A DNA stretch of 64,000 bases from Haliotis rufescens (Eukaryota), in the NCBI RefSeq assembly GCF_023055435.1, contig NW_025964223.1:38750001-38814000 (forward strand). The letters run 5' to 3'. The notes beneath the pieces were generated by a model, which was not told the DNA's origin, ran no database searches, and saw nothing but the letters and a program-made list of their open reading frames with translations. Positions 25,507-37,575 of the stretch are shown here, in pieces; the first letter of the stretch is position 1, and each line of letters begins with the position of its first letter. The translations under genes and the position numbers were made by a program.

Positions 25507-28500
25507 CTCGTCTAACATGATATCATTGAACACTTGCCTAATACTTATTACCATGCTAAGTATACGAACATGGAATGTAAGAGGTGTACTGTATTGTCGA
25601 CAGTACTTAGAGAAACTAGCGAGTGACTGTGATGCCCTTGCAGTGTGTGAACACTGGTTGAACGATAGAACGCAGAGCTGGTTTGACTGTCTAAATGATA
25701 AGTTTGACGTCGCGGCTAAGGTTAAGGCTAACCAGCGAGGATGTAGAGGGGAAGGCGGTGTGGCAATTTTAGTTAAGAAAAATATGTACAGGTACACTGA
25801 TATATGTGAATGTGAGTATGATAGTGTTGTAGCTGTGAGACTCTCCCTTCCCCAGTGTGCTGATATGTATGTAGTGTGTGCTCTGCTCCCCTCCACTAAT
25901 CACAACACAGCAGTGTATGAGGAGAGTGTCAAGGAAGTGTTCGACGTGGTTGATGAGCTATCAGAAAGCAGTTATGTTGTTCTTTGTGGAGATTTTAATA
26001 CAGATCTTGTAAATTACCCAGCATCCCCTCGCTCCACTGTACTGCAGTCATACTTTGATACAAGAAACATGATACCATCATACAACTGTGGTGTCACTCT
26101 AGGTCATCTCAAGACATGGTGCAACAAGGCTGGAACACAGTCATCTCTGATTGATTCTATTTTCTTGCCAGATGCTCTTCAATCATCTGTGCTGACGACC
26201 TCTGTCAATAACAACATCGATTTCGAGATATCGGATCATTCACCAGTAGTGGTATCATTCCTTAGCGATGCGTTCTTAACAGAGCAAAAGCTATGGACTC
26301 CCCCAACTTACAAATGACAGAAGGCGAATGGCCTAGAACTGAAGATGTACTCATCTGAAGTTAACAAAATACTTGGTGACACCCTTCCAGACGTGACACA
26401 TGCTGACAGCGATATGGTGGAATATTACTTTGATACTATAGTGAGCTCTCTCCACACGTCAACAGCAATGTACATCCCAACAGGACACTACAGACCATAC
26501 CTTCGACCCTATTGGAGAGGATCTAGTCTAGACTACTACCACTACCAGATGCGTCATGCTAGACGACAATGGATATCTCAAGGTAAACCTAGAGGAGATG
26601 CACATGGCTCTTATAAACAGTATAAAGCAGCTAAATGCAACTTCCGTCGACAGAAAAGAAAAGCCGAACGGCAATGGGACAGACACAAGTATACAGAACT
26701 GAACTCTGCCTGTGAAGTGGACATTGGTGAATTTTATAGAACTGTCAGGAAACAGAGGAAGACTAATGTAACATGTACATCTCTACAGTATAAAGACAAG
26801 ACGGCCAGCACACCCGAGGACATCTGCAATATGTGGACTGATTACTACGGAGATCTGCTGTCTCCTCTCGGTAGGCCTGAGTTTGAAACGGACTTTTATG
26901 AGGAAACAAAATCAAAGGTTTGTGATATAGCAAACAGTAACATATCTGAGAACGATCCAATCCTGGCGACAAGTATTACATCTAATGAAGTGAAATCAAC
27001 CATTAAGAGGCTGAAAAAGAATAAGTCTCCTGGACCAGACTGTATTACTGTAGAACACCTCTGTAATGCTGACAATCTTCTGTTTAAACATCTGGCACAC
27101 CTCTACAATATGATGATCAGTACTTGTTACACGCCTGTCATGATGAGAACTGGAACTATTATTCCCATCTACAAAGGGAATAATAAAGATAAATGCAACC
27201 CAGCTAATTATCGCGGTATCACTCTAACATCCGTGATTGGGAAGGTATTTGAGAGGCTGTTGCTAGACAGACTGGAGTCCTACATCAAATCTATTAATCC
27301 TGATTTCCCACATCGTCTCCAGTGCGGCTTCCGGAAAGAGCATGGCGCCAGTGTTGCTACATATGTGTTAAAAGAGGCTATTTCCTATTATCAAGATAGA
27401 CACTCAAATATATATGTTGCCTTTCTGGATAACGAAAAGGCCTTCGACAGGATATGGCATGAGGGGCTGCTACTGAAACTATACAATCTTGGTGTGAAAG
27501 GCCGTGCATGGCACATTATCCGTCAATCTTACCAAGAAGCAAGTGCTTGTGTTAAATACAATGGGAGCACAGGTGATTTGTTCAATGTTCAACAAGGAGT
27601 AGGACAAGGTCGTGTGCTCTCAGCATGGATGTTTCTAGTCTATATTAATGACCTGATATCTCTGCTTGATAATCTACAATGTGGACTTATTGTTGGTAAG
27701 GAGCACATCCCAACGGTAGTACTGGCTGATGACACTACTGTTGTGAGTACGAGTGTACATGGACTGAATATGTCTCTTGATACTATCCACCAGTATGCTC
27801 GGCGCTGGAGACTGACATATAACGCCAATAAGAGCTGTGTCTTGTCTTTTTGCAATAACAGAAGACATTGTAATAGACCTGTGTTCAGAATTGGAGATGT
27901 GACAATGAAGATCCAAAGCAGTACGATTTATGCCGGCTCTCTGATACACACGGAAAAAGCAAGTGAACGAACTACTAGGGCTTGTGCTAAGGCGCGACAG
28001 ACAATCAACTCCTTAAGAAATGTTGGTCTTAGAGCTGGAGGATTGAGCCCAGTATCTTCATCGAATATCTGGCAACGAGTGATCTTCCCCACTGCCTTCT
28101 ATGCATGTGAGCTCTGGCCTAATATCAACAACCGTGAGATCAGTGAGGTGGAAACCCTACAGCGCTACTTTGCACGACGAGTCCAAAACCTTTACAGGAG
28201 ATCCTCTACAGCTGCTACAACCCAGGTTCTAGGATTGTGGTCAATGCTGGGCAAGGTGGAGAAAATGAAGCTTCTCTTTCTGGGACGACTCTGTAGAGCA
28301 GCAGGCACAACCAATATGAAGCCGATTTTCTATCTCAGACTATCCCAGTATGTCACCACTCTCTCACACAGTGCCAGATCCATAACACATGATCTACTGA
28401 ATGTGGCTCAAGTATGGATTCTCAGGCGTCTTAGATAAACTAATCAACTCTGGGGAATTTCCATCTAAGAGTGTATGGAAGAGCTTGGTACAACGAGCTA

Positions 28501-29000
28501 TTAGTGAGTCTGAAAATATGAATAGAAGAAATACTTTGCAACAACGTCCAGACATGCATAGGTTTAGTGCTATCCACACCCGCCTTGCCCCACATCGTCT
28601 CTGGTCTCTGTGTGTATGGTATGATATTGCTTCCCCCCCCCCCTGTATATGCTCTTGTAAAGCTCGGCATATTACCTGTAACGTCTGGACTGTGTCTTAT
28701 CTGTAATTGTGAATGTGATGACATTGTTAAGCACCAATTGCTTTACTGTGATGGCCTAATGAAACAGAGAAATGTGCTTAGTGAGTCTCTATTTGACAAT
28801 GTTAGCCTTGAAACATATCTCAGACTTGAGGACACGTCTAGTGATGCCGTCAAGATTCTGACATACCTCGGTGCTATTACAGATGTGGTCCAAGACATGA
28901 CACTTGACAGCTGGGCAACATTCATGAGTATCGTGGCTAAACATGCATGTCATCTCATGGAACTTAACATCCATATTGTATTTGTGAAGCTATGTCACAC
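25493..29000 (+). pseudogene. LINE ORF2: AP endonuclease, reverse transcriptase, CCHC; nonsense codon at 26315-26317 and 3' frameshifts
   Basis: APE motifs TWNVRG, CEHW, GDFN, IDSIF, SDHSPV. RT motifs KSPGPD, YRGITL, QCGFR, LDNEKAFD, GVGQG, LADD. Zinc knuckle CLICNC...HQLLYC. Confidence 0.9.
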
Positions 29001-29639
29001 ATCATGTAAATATAGTTTCACGCATCACTTCATTACTGCTTACCCAGCCCAATCTGTTGTACTTACATGTATTTTGTCATTGCCGTTGTCAAATAATGTA
29101 ATGTAATTGTATGTACTACTCTCCAAATCATTGGGGGAAATAAAGAGTATTCATTCATTCATTCTACAGACACACACTACAGGATATCTACTACAGGCAC
29201 AGAATAGAGTATATGTACTATATGCACGCACTACAGGATATATAATATAGACACACAATACAGGATAAATACTACAGACACGGAATACAGTATGCACACT
29301 ACAGGATATATACTACAGATACAGAATACAGTATATATACTACAGACACCGAATGCAGGATCACGACATACCTCCTTCTTCAGCACAGCATGTATCACCG
29401 ATATGCTAGAACATGCATCCACTGCAGTAACCCTACTGACAGATGCTATGCTGTCTGCCGCTTGTGTGTTCAAAAGGGAGAGAATCGACGTAAAAGGCAT
29501 AGTGACTTCCCATCGCATTACAACGAATGTCTTATGAAAAAACACTAAGGTTGTCATGCACTAAATACTTTTCGGGCTACTCAAAGCACTGAACATCTAG
29601 CCAAGTGAAACCAGGTACGCAGTGAGCACAGGGCCTTGT

Positions 29640-31900
29640 GTAGGACAAAGGGACCAGTATCTACAGCGTAATAGAGTAGAACGGATTTACACTCAACTGG
29701 TGACTCCAAACGTTTTTGGGACCATGTCAAACGTGTGTCCGGGCGTCAACATCATCGCAATCTTATCTCCGCGGGAGAGTGGGCTGAATATTTCTCAACA
29801 TTATACACAAATACTGATCCTCTTGACACTGACGATGGAAGTCCGTACTTCTGTGAATCACGTGAATTGACAGCAGACATTCTTGACTGCCCTATAACAA
29901 GATAGAAAATCACATACAGTATTCGTGTCTTAAACAATAATAAATCAGCTGGAGTTGACCATATCATAAGCGAATACCTAAAACACTCATCAGATGTTAT
30001 TTCTCCTTACTTGGAGATTATATTCAATAGTATGTATGAACAAGGTGTTTTTCCTGAAAATCGGTCATAAGAATTATCATCCCAGTACATATCGAGCCAT
30101 AAGCCTTCTGGGTGTCCTTAGCAAAGTATTCACTTCAATTCTATGCAAGAAATTTGTTTTCTGGGCAGACACTTTGTGTTATTTCTGAAAGCCAGTCAGG
30201 CTTTCGGAAGGATTATTCCATTGTAGATAAATGTTTTGTCCTTAATGCTCTTGTACAACAATTCCTTTCACGTAAAGGGGGTAAGTTTTACGTCGCTTTT
30301 ATTGACTTTGATTCCATACACCGTAACCTTCTTTGGAGTCTGTTTTATAAAAGGGGATTAAGTACAAACATGGGTAGAATATTGCAGTCAATCTACAAGG
30401 ACGTTAAGACATGTGTAAGGTCTAACAATCGTATGTCTGAGCAGGGTATGAAACTCCCAAAAATTTCAGCCAGACCACAGGCCTGGCTAGCTGAAATACT
30501 TGCCAGCCCTGACCAAAACCTGCCTGCCCACTATAATAATATGTTTCTCAGGATAAGCTAACGAGGTTTCTTTTTGGTTACATTTTATCATTCATCTTTA
30601 CATGTGAATTAATGCTTATCATCGGGAAATATTTAGAATATTTTCACATATGAAATATAACCCGACCGTCGGGCAGGTGGATTTTAAAATCTGGCAGCCC
30701 GAGTTGAAATCAACCCGTCTCGGACGGTCGGGCAGGCAGGTATTTCGAACACTGGTCTGAGGCATTCGATTGCCCTTTGGGTGTCGGCTCGGTAAGGCAC
30801 GGCTGTGTATTTATGCCGTTCTTGTTCTAGTCCTTTACAAATGAAATAGTTCTTGAGATGGAAGAGGGGTGTCCGTTTGGTGACATCCAGACATTATCCA
30901 CATCCTTTTACTTCTATTTGCAGATGATTTGATACTCGTTGGTGATAGTGTTTCTAACCTCCAGAAGACATTAAGCGTCCTTGAGCATTTTTGTAACTCT
31001 CGGAAAATGTCAGTTAATATGTCTAAAGTTGTATTTAAAAATGGTGGTTGTTTGTCACGTTTCGAAAAGTGGTTTTACAAAGGGAAAAGGGTTGAAGTTG
31101 TTACTTGGGTTTGTATTTAAATAATAGGCTTAACTGGTCTCGGCTCTTGATAAGATTGCCCTGCAGGCGAAAAGGTTATAGATAACTATCCTGAGAGGTA
31201 TACATTCGCTACAATCTTTTTCACCAGATATCTACTTTCAAATTTTCGATGCGAAGATCATGCCAGTACTTCTGTATGGTGCCGGGGTCGGGGGTTTGAA
31301 AATGTTGAAAAATTTGAAACTGTTCAGTTATATGCTTGCAAACGGTTTTGGGGTTTAAAATTGTGTGGCAGATACCCTATTCGTGTATATGCTTTGACCA
31401 GATGTGTGAAATATTGGCTGAACATACTAAAGATGCCAGACTTCTGTTTACTAAGAAAGTGCTACAAAAATGTCATATTATGCTTGTTTTAAAACTTGTG
31501 TTAAATGTGAACCTTAACTGTCATTCATAAATTCGCAAAATATGAAAACAACCCTCACGAGTTTCAGACTGAGTTGTAATACTTTGGAAATTAAGAACGG
31601 ACGTCATTATAAAATTCCAAGAAATTTAAGAAAATGCAAACTTTGTAAATTAGACTGTGTTGAAACCGAGTACCACTTCCTGCTTATTTGTCCAACGTAT
31701 GTCAAATTACGACAACTATATCTCAAAGCAAAGTTCTATTGTCATTCAAACGTTCATAAATTTAATATGCTTCTGTCATCACCAGATACATATATTACTA
31801 CAAATCCATCAAAATATCTATATTATGTAAATGAAGTAAGAAATGCGAAACTGAATGTTTTAAACCTGTCTGTCGTCAACTTTTGTACACAAAGGCCTGT
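29640..31900 (+). mobile_element. Older, 5'-truncated, degenerate L2/CR1-group LINE (RT and C-terminal fragments)
   Basis: Fragments NNKSAGVD, YRAISLLGVLSKVF, SQSGFR, LLLFADDL, FRLSCNTLEIKNGR...CKLC...ETEYHFLLICP in several frames. Confidence 0.85.
30442..30754. mobile_element. MITE nested in the degenerate LINE
   Basis: Ends cagggtatgaaa / tttcgaacactg; 7-bp direct repeat gtctgag on both sides (30435-30441, 30755-30761). Confidence 0.7.
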
Positions 31901-31962
31901 GTATGTATTGGGAATACAATCGTATGAATGCGTGAATGTAGCTTCGTATAAAAGAAAAACAT

Positions 31963-33200
31963 TACATACTTGCAAATGTGCCTTTTCGAAACATTTAAAC
32001 TTTGATCTTCTTCTACATAACAGTTTCATAATGGCGTTCGTTTCCTTGGATGGTATATCAGTATTCATTTAGAAAGAAACGTCATCGCATGAGGCATGTG
32101 TTATTAAGCTTATTAAGGCCTGACTAAGTGATGACTCTAAGTAGAACATCTACAACATTGTTTATGATCTTCCTGTTCTCAATGAGGAAACGTAGATGAA
32201 TCTGCATTGCTCAAATCAGAGCAATGTGGTCTTTGATTTCAACTTTGAAGTCAAAACATAAATGGGACCAAAGCAACAGTAATGGCATTGGAAAACAAAC
32301 GACTTGTGGTTTATTACCTTTAGCTATCATTAAAGTTCTATTGTTTCTTATTTAAATGTCAACGTCTGGTCACACTGACCAATGTACGAGCTTTATAATA
32401 TACTAAAAATTAAAATATGGGTACAACCACGTTGAGATTGCTGAGGAACATAAGGATCGTACTGCAGTACTTCATTTACCATAGGGCCGCTAGGTTTTTA
32501 TGAGTAGAACCGACTTCCCTTTAGCTTAATATGTAATAGTCCATCCATGTACCCGCGCTTATATGGACATATAGGGAAAGTTCAACATTGGAAAGTTGAA
32601 GTCATCCCTCTTGTCATACAGTGTGACGCTTCAGAAGATAGCTTCAATATATTCACTACTAACATGATCTAAAGAGCCCGTGAAAGGTAATATCTGATGT
32701 GTGTATTCATCTAATATGTGATTATGATTAAAATGTATAACTGAATAATTATCAAACTGGCTTCGTTGGGAATGTTATGTTTAATAAGACACAGAAATAT
32801 GATGTTGGTATGTTATTATTCGACCACTCTTCCTCCACGAACTGATCCGAACGCTAGCATTTCTTTACATATAGATTTTGATTAAGTATGTATTTCAAAA
32901 TCATTTAGCAATAGTCAAATCACGAGGGGCTAAATAAGAAATGACTTCCAAACTTGTTTTTCTATTTCTGGATACAAACTCTGACCCACGGCTTGTAACC
33001 AACACTTCGGCCACCATGTTACATATAGGACTCTTTCATTGACAATAATACCTCCACACGGTTTAGGTTTAATCACAGAATGCCAATTTGTATAAGATTT
33101 AATTATGTCATTGATGTTTCAAGTGTAAGCACGTAAAGTGATATCCGTCGACATGAACGACGAGAGGACACAAGGAAATAACGTAATTGACACTAAATCT
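31963..33200. repeat. About 1.24-kb direct duplication of 36156-37399 (3' flank of the peptide gene)
   Basis: Near-identical sequence over most of the length. Confidence 0.9.
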
Positions 33201-34281
33201 TATACAGTTAAAGAAGGACTGGGAGTGTCAACAACCTTCACACTGTGGCTCAGTTTGGTTGAAGTAACGCGATTGTTAGGGCCTGTATTGAAGAGCGTGT
33301 GAGCCGTTTGCTTCGACATTACCTGACACAACTTGACCAAATACTGATGAAGCGGGGAAGAATGTACACTACCCAATTATACAAAAACACGAGGATGGAC
33401 TGACATAAGTTAACATGTAAAGTGTCTGTAAAGATGGTGTGTATCCGTTTATTAATTACATTTTCCACACATAAGGGTGCGAATATTTACCCGTTAATGT
33501 ACAGTGGGTTTAAGCCTTAACGAGGAACGATAGTCAATGTCAGTGGTGTACATCAAGGTGTCATCATACACCACGAATGCTTCACCCGTTCGGTCTTCCA
33601 CGGATATTCAGTGAAACTTCGAAAACATATCGACTTATCCATACTTCGATCCAACGGAGTACCAATATGACACCAAAGAGCAAATAGGTACGTATCTTGA
33701 GGTCATAAATATACACGTTTTTTATACGATCCATCGAGTTAGTTAAGTTAACTGGATACTGCTGTCATGTGTGACGTGTATACGAAGCATGAGGGTATTT
33801 CTATTCACCGATTGTTCAAGCGATGAGAACGCGATAAATCAACCTTAAAACTATGCACTGTCATACAATAGGAAATTCATGGTAATATAACTGCACTGTA
33901 GTATGTCGTATGAACAGCTGGACGCCAACGCGATGCACTCAAACTCCTCTTCCTTTTATCATCCCGTATATTTCATATCCTTCCTCAAATCTGTTGTATA
34001 ACAAAGCTAAAATAATACTCAAATTTAAAAAAACATAACTGACAATTTCCATGAAGCACAATTAAACATGTCCTTGGTATGGGATAGTGACATTCTATTC
34101 AGGATGTCGTGTTTGTGTCATTGTATTTCCTGTTACGTAACGCGCCTAAGAAGGTCTCCACTCCCTCACGTATATACGTAACGACGTGTTATAATCTCAC
34201 CCACATCGAAGGGAGTGGCGAACATATCAATCATGATGTCAAGATAACTCTTATTTGTTTTATTGAGCCCTATCTGCTTCA

Positions 34282-34445
34282 GGGGCTGATGGGGTAGCCT
34301 GGTGGTTAAATCGCTCGCTCGTCACCCCGAAAGCCCGGGTTCGATTCCCCACATAGGTACAATGTGTGAAGCCCATTTCTGGTGTGCCAAGCCGTAATAT
34401 TGCTGGAATATTGCTAAATGCGGCGTAAAACCATACTCACTCACC
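34282..34445 (+). mobile_element. tRNA-derived SINE (short family)
   Basis: A box tagcctggtgg, B box ggttcgattcc, tail gcggcgtaaaaccatactcactcac. Further copies at 47166-47330(-), 48147-48305(+), 50549-50713(-), 58381-58545(-), 59362-59520(+), 61759-61922(-). Confidence 0.85.
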
Positions 34446-34989
34446 AACTTCAGGAAGTAACTTAACATACTTACAGGTCAGCGATTTATTACGTTACTTG
34501 AATCAATGACGTCATGGCCATCAAGGTCAAGGGACACTGAATACTGATTCTGGTTTTAATTAAAATGTTCATCCAAGTTAGCTGTTAAAGCAACATGCCC
34601 TCTGAATCAGAATAGATGCAGTCTCCATGGAAAAGAAGTGGAAGATGTTATTGTCATTGATGATAGAAATGTCGGTTGAAGCAGAAAAATTGTGAGAAGG
34701 GAATAAAATACCCAGGTGATGAGCACATGAATTAACATTTGTTAGTAGCAACATGTTGCTGTGTTTGTATTGGACTCGTCGGTGATGCAATTCACAACAG
34801 GAGTGACATGTGTCTCTGAGTACAGAGTACGGAACCGCTGATAGTAATGTACACCTGTGATGAAATGTACATGTAGGCAATGGTGTTTGTTTCACTTACA
34901 TTCCACCAGCGTGGTTCTCTTCTCAATATACATCTATAAGCAGTTGTGTGTTTATCTCGTGGGTATCGCTCGTCACTCCCACTCGACAA

Positions 34990-36148
34990 TCATACACCGA
35001 TACACCGACATTGACTTGGTCACGTCCCATCTACAACAAACCCGATACACCCACACATTGACTTGGTCACGTCCCATCTACAATTAGTACGATACACCTA
35101 CACATGGACTTGGTCACGTCCCATCCACAATCAACCCAGTACACCGACACATTGACTTGGTCACGTCCCATCTACAATCAACCCGATACACCGACACATT
35201 GACTAGGTCACGTCCCTTGTACAATCGACCCGGTACTCCGACACGTTGACTTGGTCACGCCCCATCCACAATCAACCCGATACACCGAAACATTGACTTT
35301 GTCACGTCCCATCTTCAACCAACCCGATACACCCACACATTCACTTGGTCACGTCCCATCTACAATCAGTACGATACACCGACACATTGACTTGTTCACG
35401 TCCCATCTACAATCAACCCTGTACACCGACACGTTGACTTGGTCACGTCCCATCCACAATCAACCCGATACACCGACACATTGACTTGGTCACGTCCCTT
35501 GTACAATCGACCCGGTACAGTGACACATTGACTTGGACACGTCCCTTGTACAATCAACCCTGTGACCCGACAGATTGCCTTGGTCATGTCCCATCCACAA
35601 TCAACCCTCTACAACGACACATTGACTTGGTCACGTCCCACCCAAAATCAACCCGATACACCTACACATTGACTTGGTCACGTCCCAAACCACAATCAAC
35701 CCGATACACCTATACATTTACTTGGTCACGTCCCAAACCACAATCAACCCGATACACCTATACATTGACCAGGTCACGTCCCTTGTACAATCAACCCGAT
35801 ACACCTACACATTGACTTGGTCACGTCCCACCCACAATCAACCCGATACACCAACACATTGACTAGGTCACGTCCCTTGTACAATCAACTCGATACACCG
35901 ACACATTGACTTGGTCACGTCCCACCCACAATCAACCCGATACACCTACACATTGATAAGGTCACGTCCCATCCACAATCAACCCGATACACCGACACAT
36001 TTACTAGGTCACGTCCCTTGTACAATCAACCCTTTGACCCGACACATTGACTTGGTCACGTCGCATCCACAATCAACCCGATACACCTACACATTGACTA
36101 GGTCACGTTCCTTGTACAATCAACCCTTTGACCCGACACATTGACTTA
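34990..36148. repeat. 47-bp minisatellite, about 24 copies
   Basis: Unit cacattgacttggtcacgtcccatccacaatcaacccgatacaccga; tcacgtc at 35114, 35161 and 35208. Confidence 0.92.
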
Positions 36149-37507
36149 ATCCTTGTACATGCTTGCAAATGTGCCTTTTCGAAATATTTGAACTTTGATC
36201 TTCTTCTTACATTGCAGTTTCATAATGGCGTTCGTTTCCTTGGATGGTATACTCGTATTCATTAAGCAAGAAACTTCATCGCATTACACGTGTCTTATTA
36301 AGCTTATTAAGGCCTGACTAAGTGATGACTCTAAGTAGAACATCTTCCAGCTACAACATTGTTTATGATCATCCTGTTCTCAATGAGGAAACGTAGATGA
36401 ATCTGCATTGCTCAAATCAGAGCAATGTGGTCTTTGATTTCAACTTTGAAGTAAAACATAAATGGGACCAAAGCAACAGTAATGGCATTGGAAAACAAAC
36501 GACTTGTGGTTTATTACCTTTAGCTATCATTAAAGTTCTATTGTTTCTTATTTAAATGTCAACGTCTGGTCACACTGACCAATGTACGAGCTTTATAATA
36601 TACTAAAAATTAAAATCTAGGTACAACCACGTTGAGATTGCTGAGGAACATAAGGACCGTACTGCAGTACTTCATTTACCATAGGGCCGCTAGGTTTTTT
36701 TGAGTAGAACCGACTTCCCTTTAGCTTAATATGTAATAGTCCATCCATGTACCCGCGCTTATATGGACATATAGGGAAAGTTCAACATTGGAAAGTTGAA
36801 GTCATCCCTCTTGTCATACAGTGTGACGCTACAGAAGATAGCTTCAATATATTCACTACTAACATGATCTAAAGAGCCCGTGAAAGGTAATATCTGATGT
36901 GTGTATTCATCTAATATGTGATTATGATTAAAATGTATAACTGAATAATTATCAAACTGGCTTCGTTGGGAATGTTATGTTTAAGAAGACACAGAAATAT
37001 GATGTTGGTATGTTATTATTCGACCACTCTTCCACCACGAACTGATCCGAACGCTAGCATTTCTTTACATATAGATTTTGATTAAATATGTATTTCAAAA
37101 TCATTTAGCAATAGTCAAATCACGAGGGGCTAAATAAGAAATGACTTCCAAACTTGTTTTTCTATTTCTGGATACAAACTCTGACCCACGGCTTGTAACC
37201 AACACTTCGGCCACCATGTTACATATAGGACTCTTTCATTGACAATAATACCTCCACACGGTTTAGGTTTAATCACAGAATGCCAATTTGTATAAGATTT
37301 AATTATGTCATTGATGTTTCAAGTGTAAGCACGTAAAGTGATCTCCGTCGACCAGAACGACGAGAGGACACAAGGAATTAACATAATTGACACTAAATAT
37401 AGAACTGGACAAACACCAGTTACCCGCGGACAATTGACTATTCAAGATTTTAGTTTAAGTTAAACTCAAAACACGATCAAAACAGTGAATAGTTTTAACA
37501 ATGCAAA

Positions 37508-37513
37508 TTTATT
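37508..37513 (-). terminator. AATAAA polyadenylation signal of peptide gene copy A (also 51542-51547 for B and 62759-62764 for C)
   Basis: About 60 nt downstream of the stop codon in all three copies. Confidence 0.7.
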
Positions 37514-37575
37514 GACCGATGTTTACACATGTGCACATAGTGTCCTCACCGAGGCAGGAAACATGAACCGTGGAA

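Larger units (their letters stand above)
23755..29164 (+). mobile_element. Near full-length L2/CR1-group LINE, inactivated
   Basis: ORF1 plus ORF2 (APE, RT, CCHC); 3' aataaa and (ATTC)n tail at 29139-29164; flanked by tacagacacac on both sides (TSD-like, but inside a repeat). Confidence 0.92.

Noticed and set aside
34282-34360. tRNA-like sequences (also 12727, 48147 and others)
   Set aside because: These are SINE heads: they continue into SINE bodies and tails and lack a clean cloverleaf.
34465-34515. Full CRE (TGACGTCA) beside a possible minus-strand donor, as a candidate first exon or promoter of the methyltransferase
   Set aside because: It is 12 kb from the first coding exon with no supporting evidence.
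34990-36148. Regularly spaced repeats resembling a CRISPR array
   Set aside because: The whole 47-bp unit repeats; the intervening sequences are not unique.
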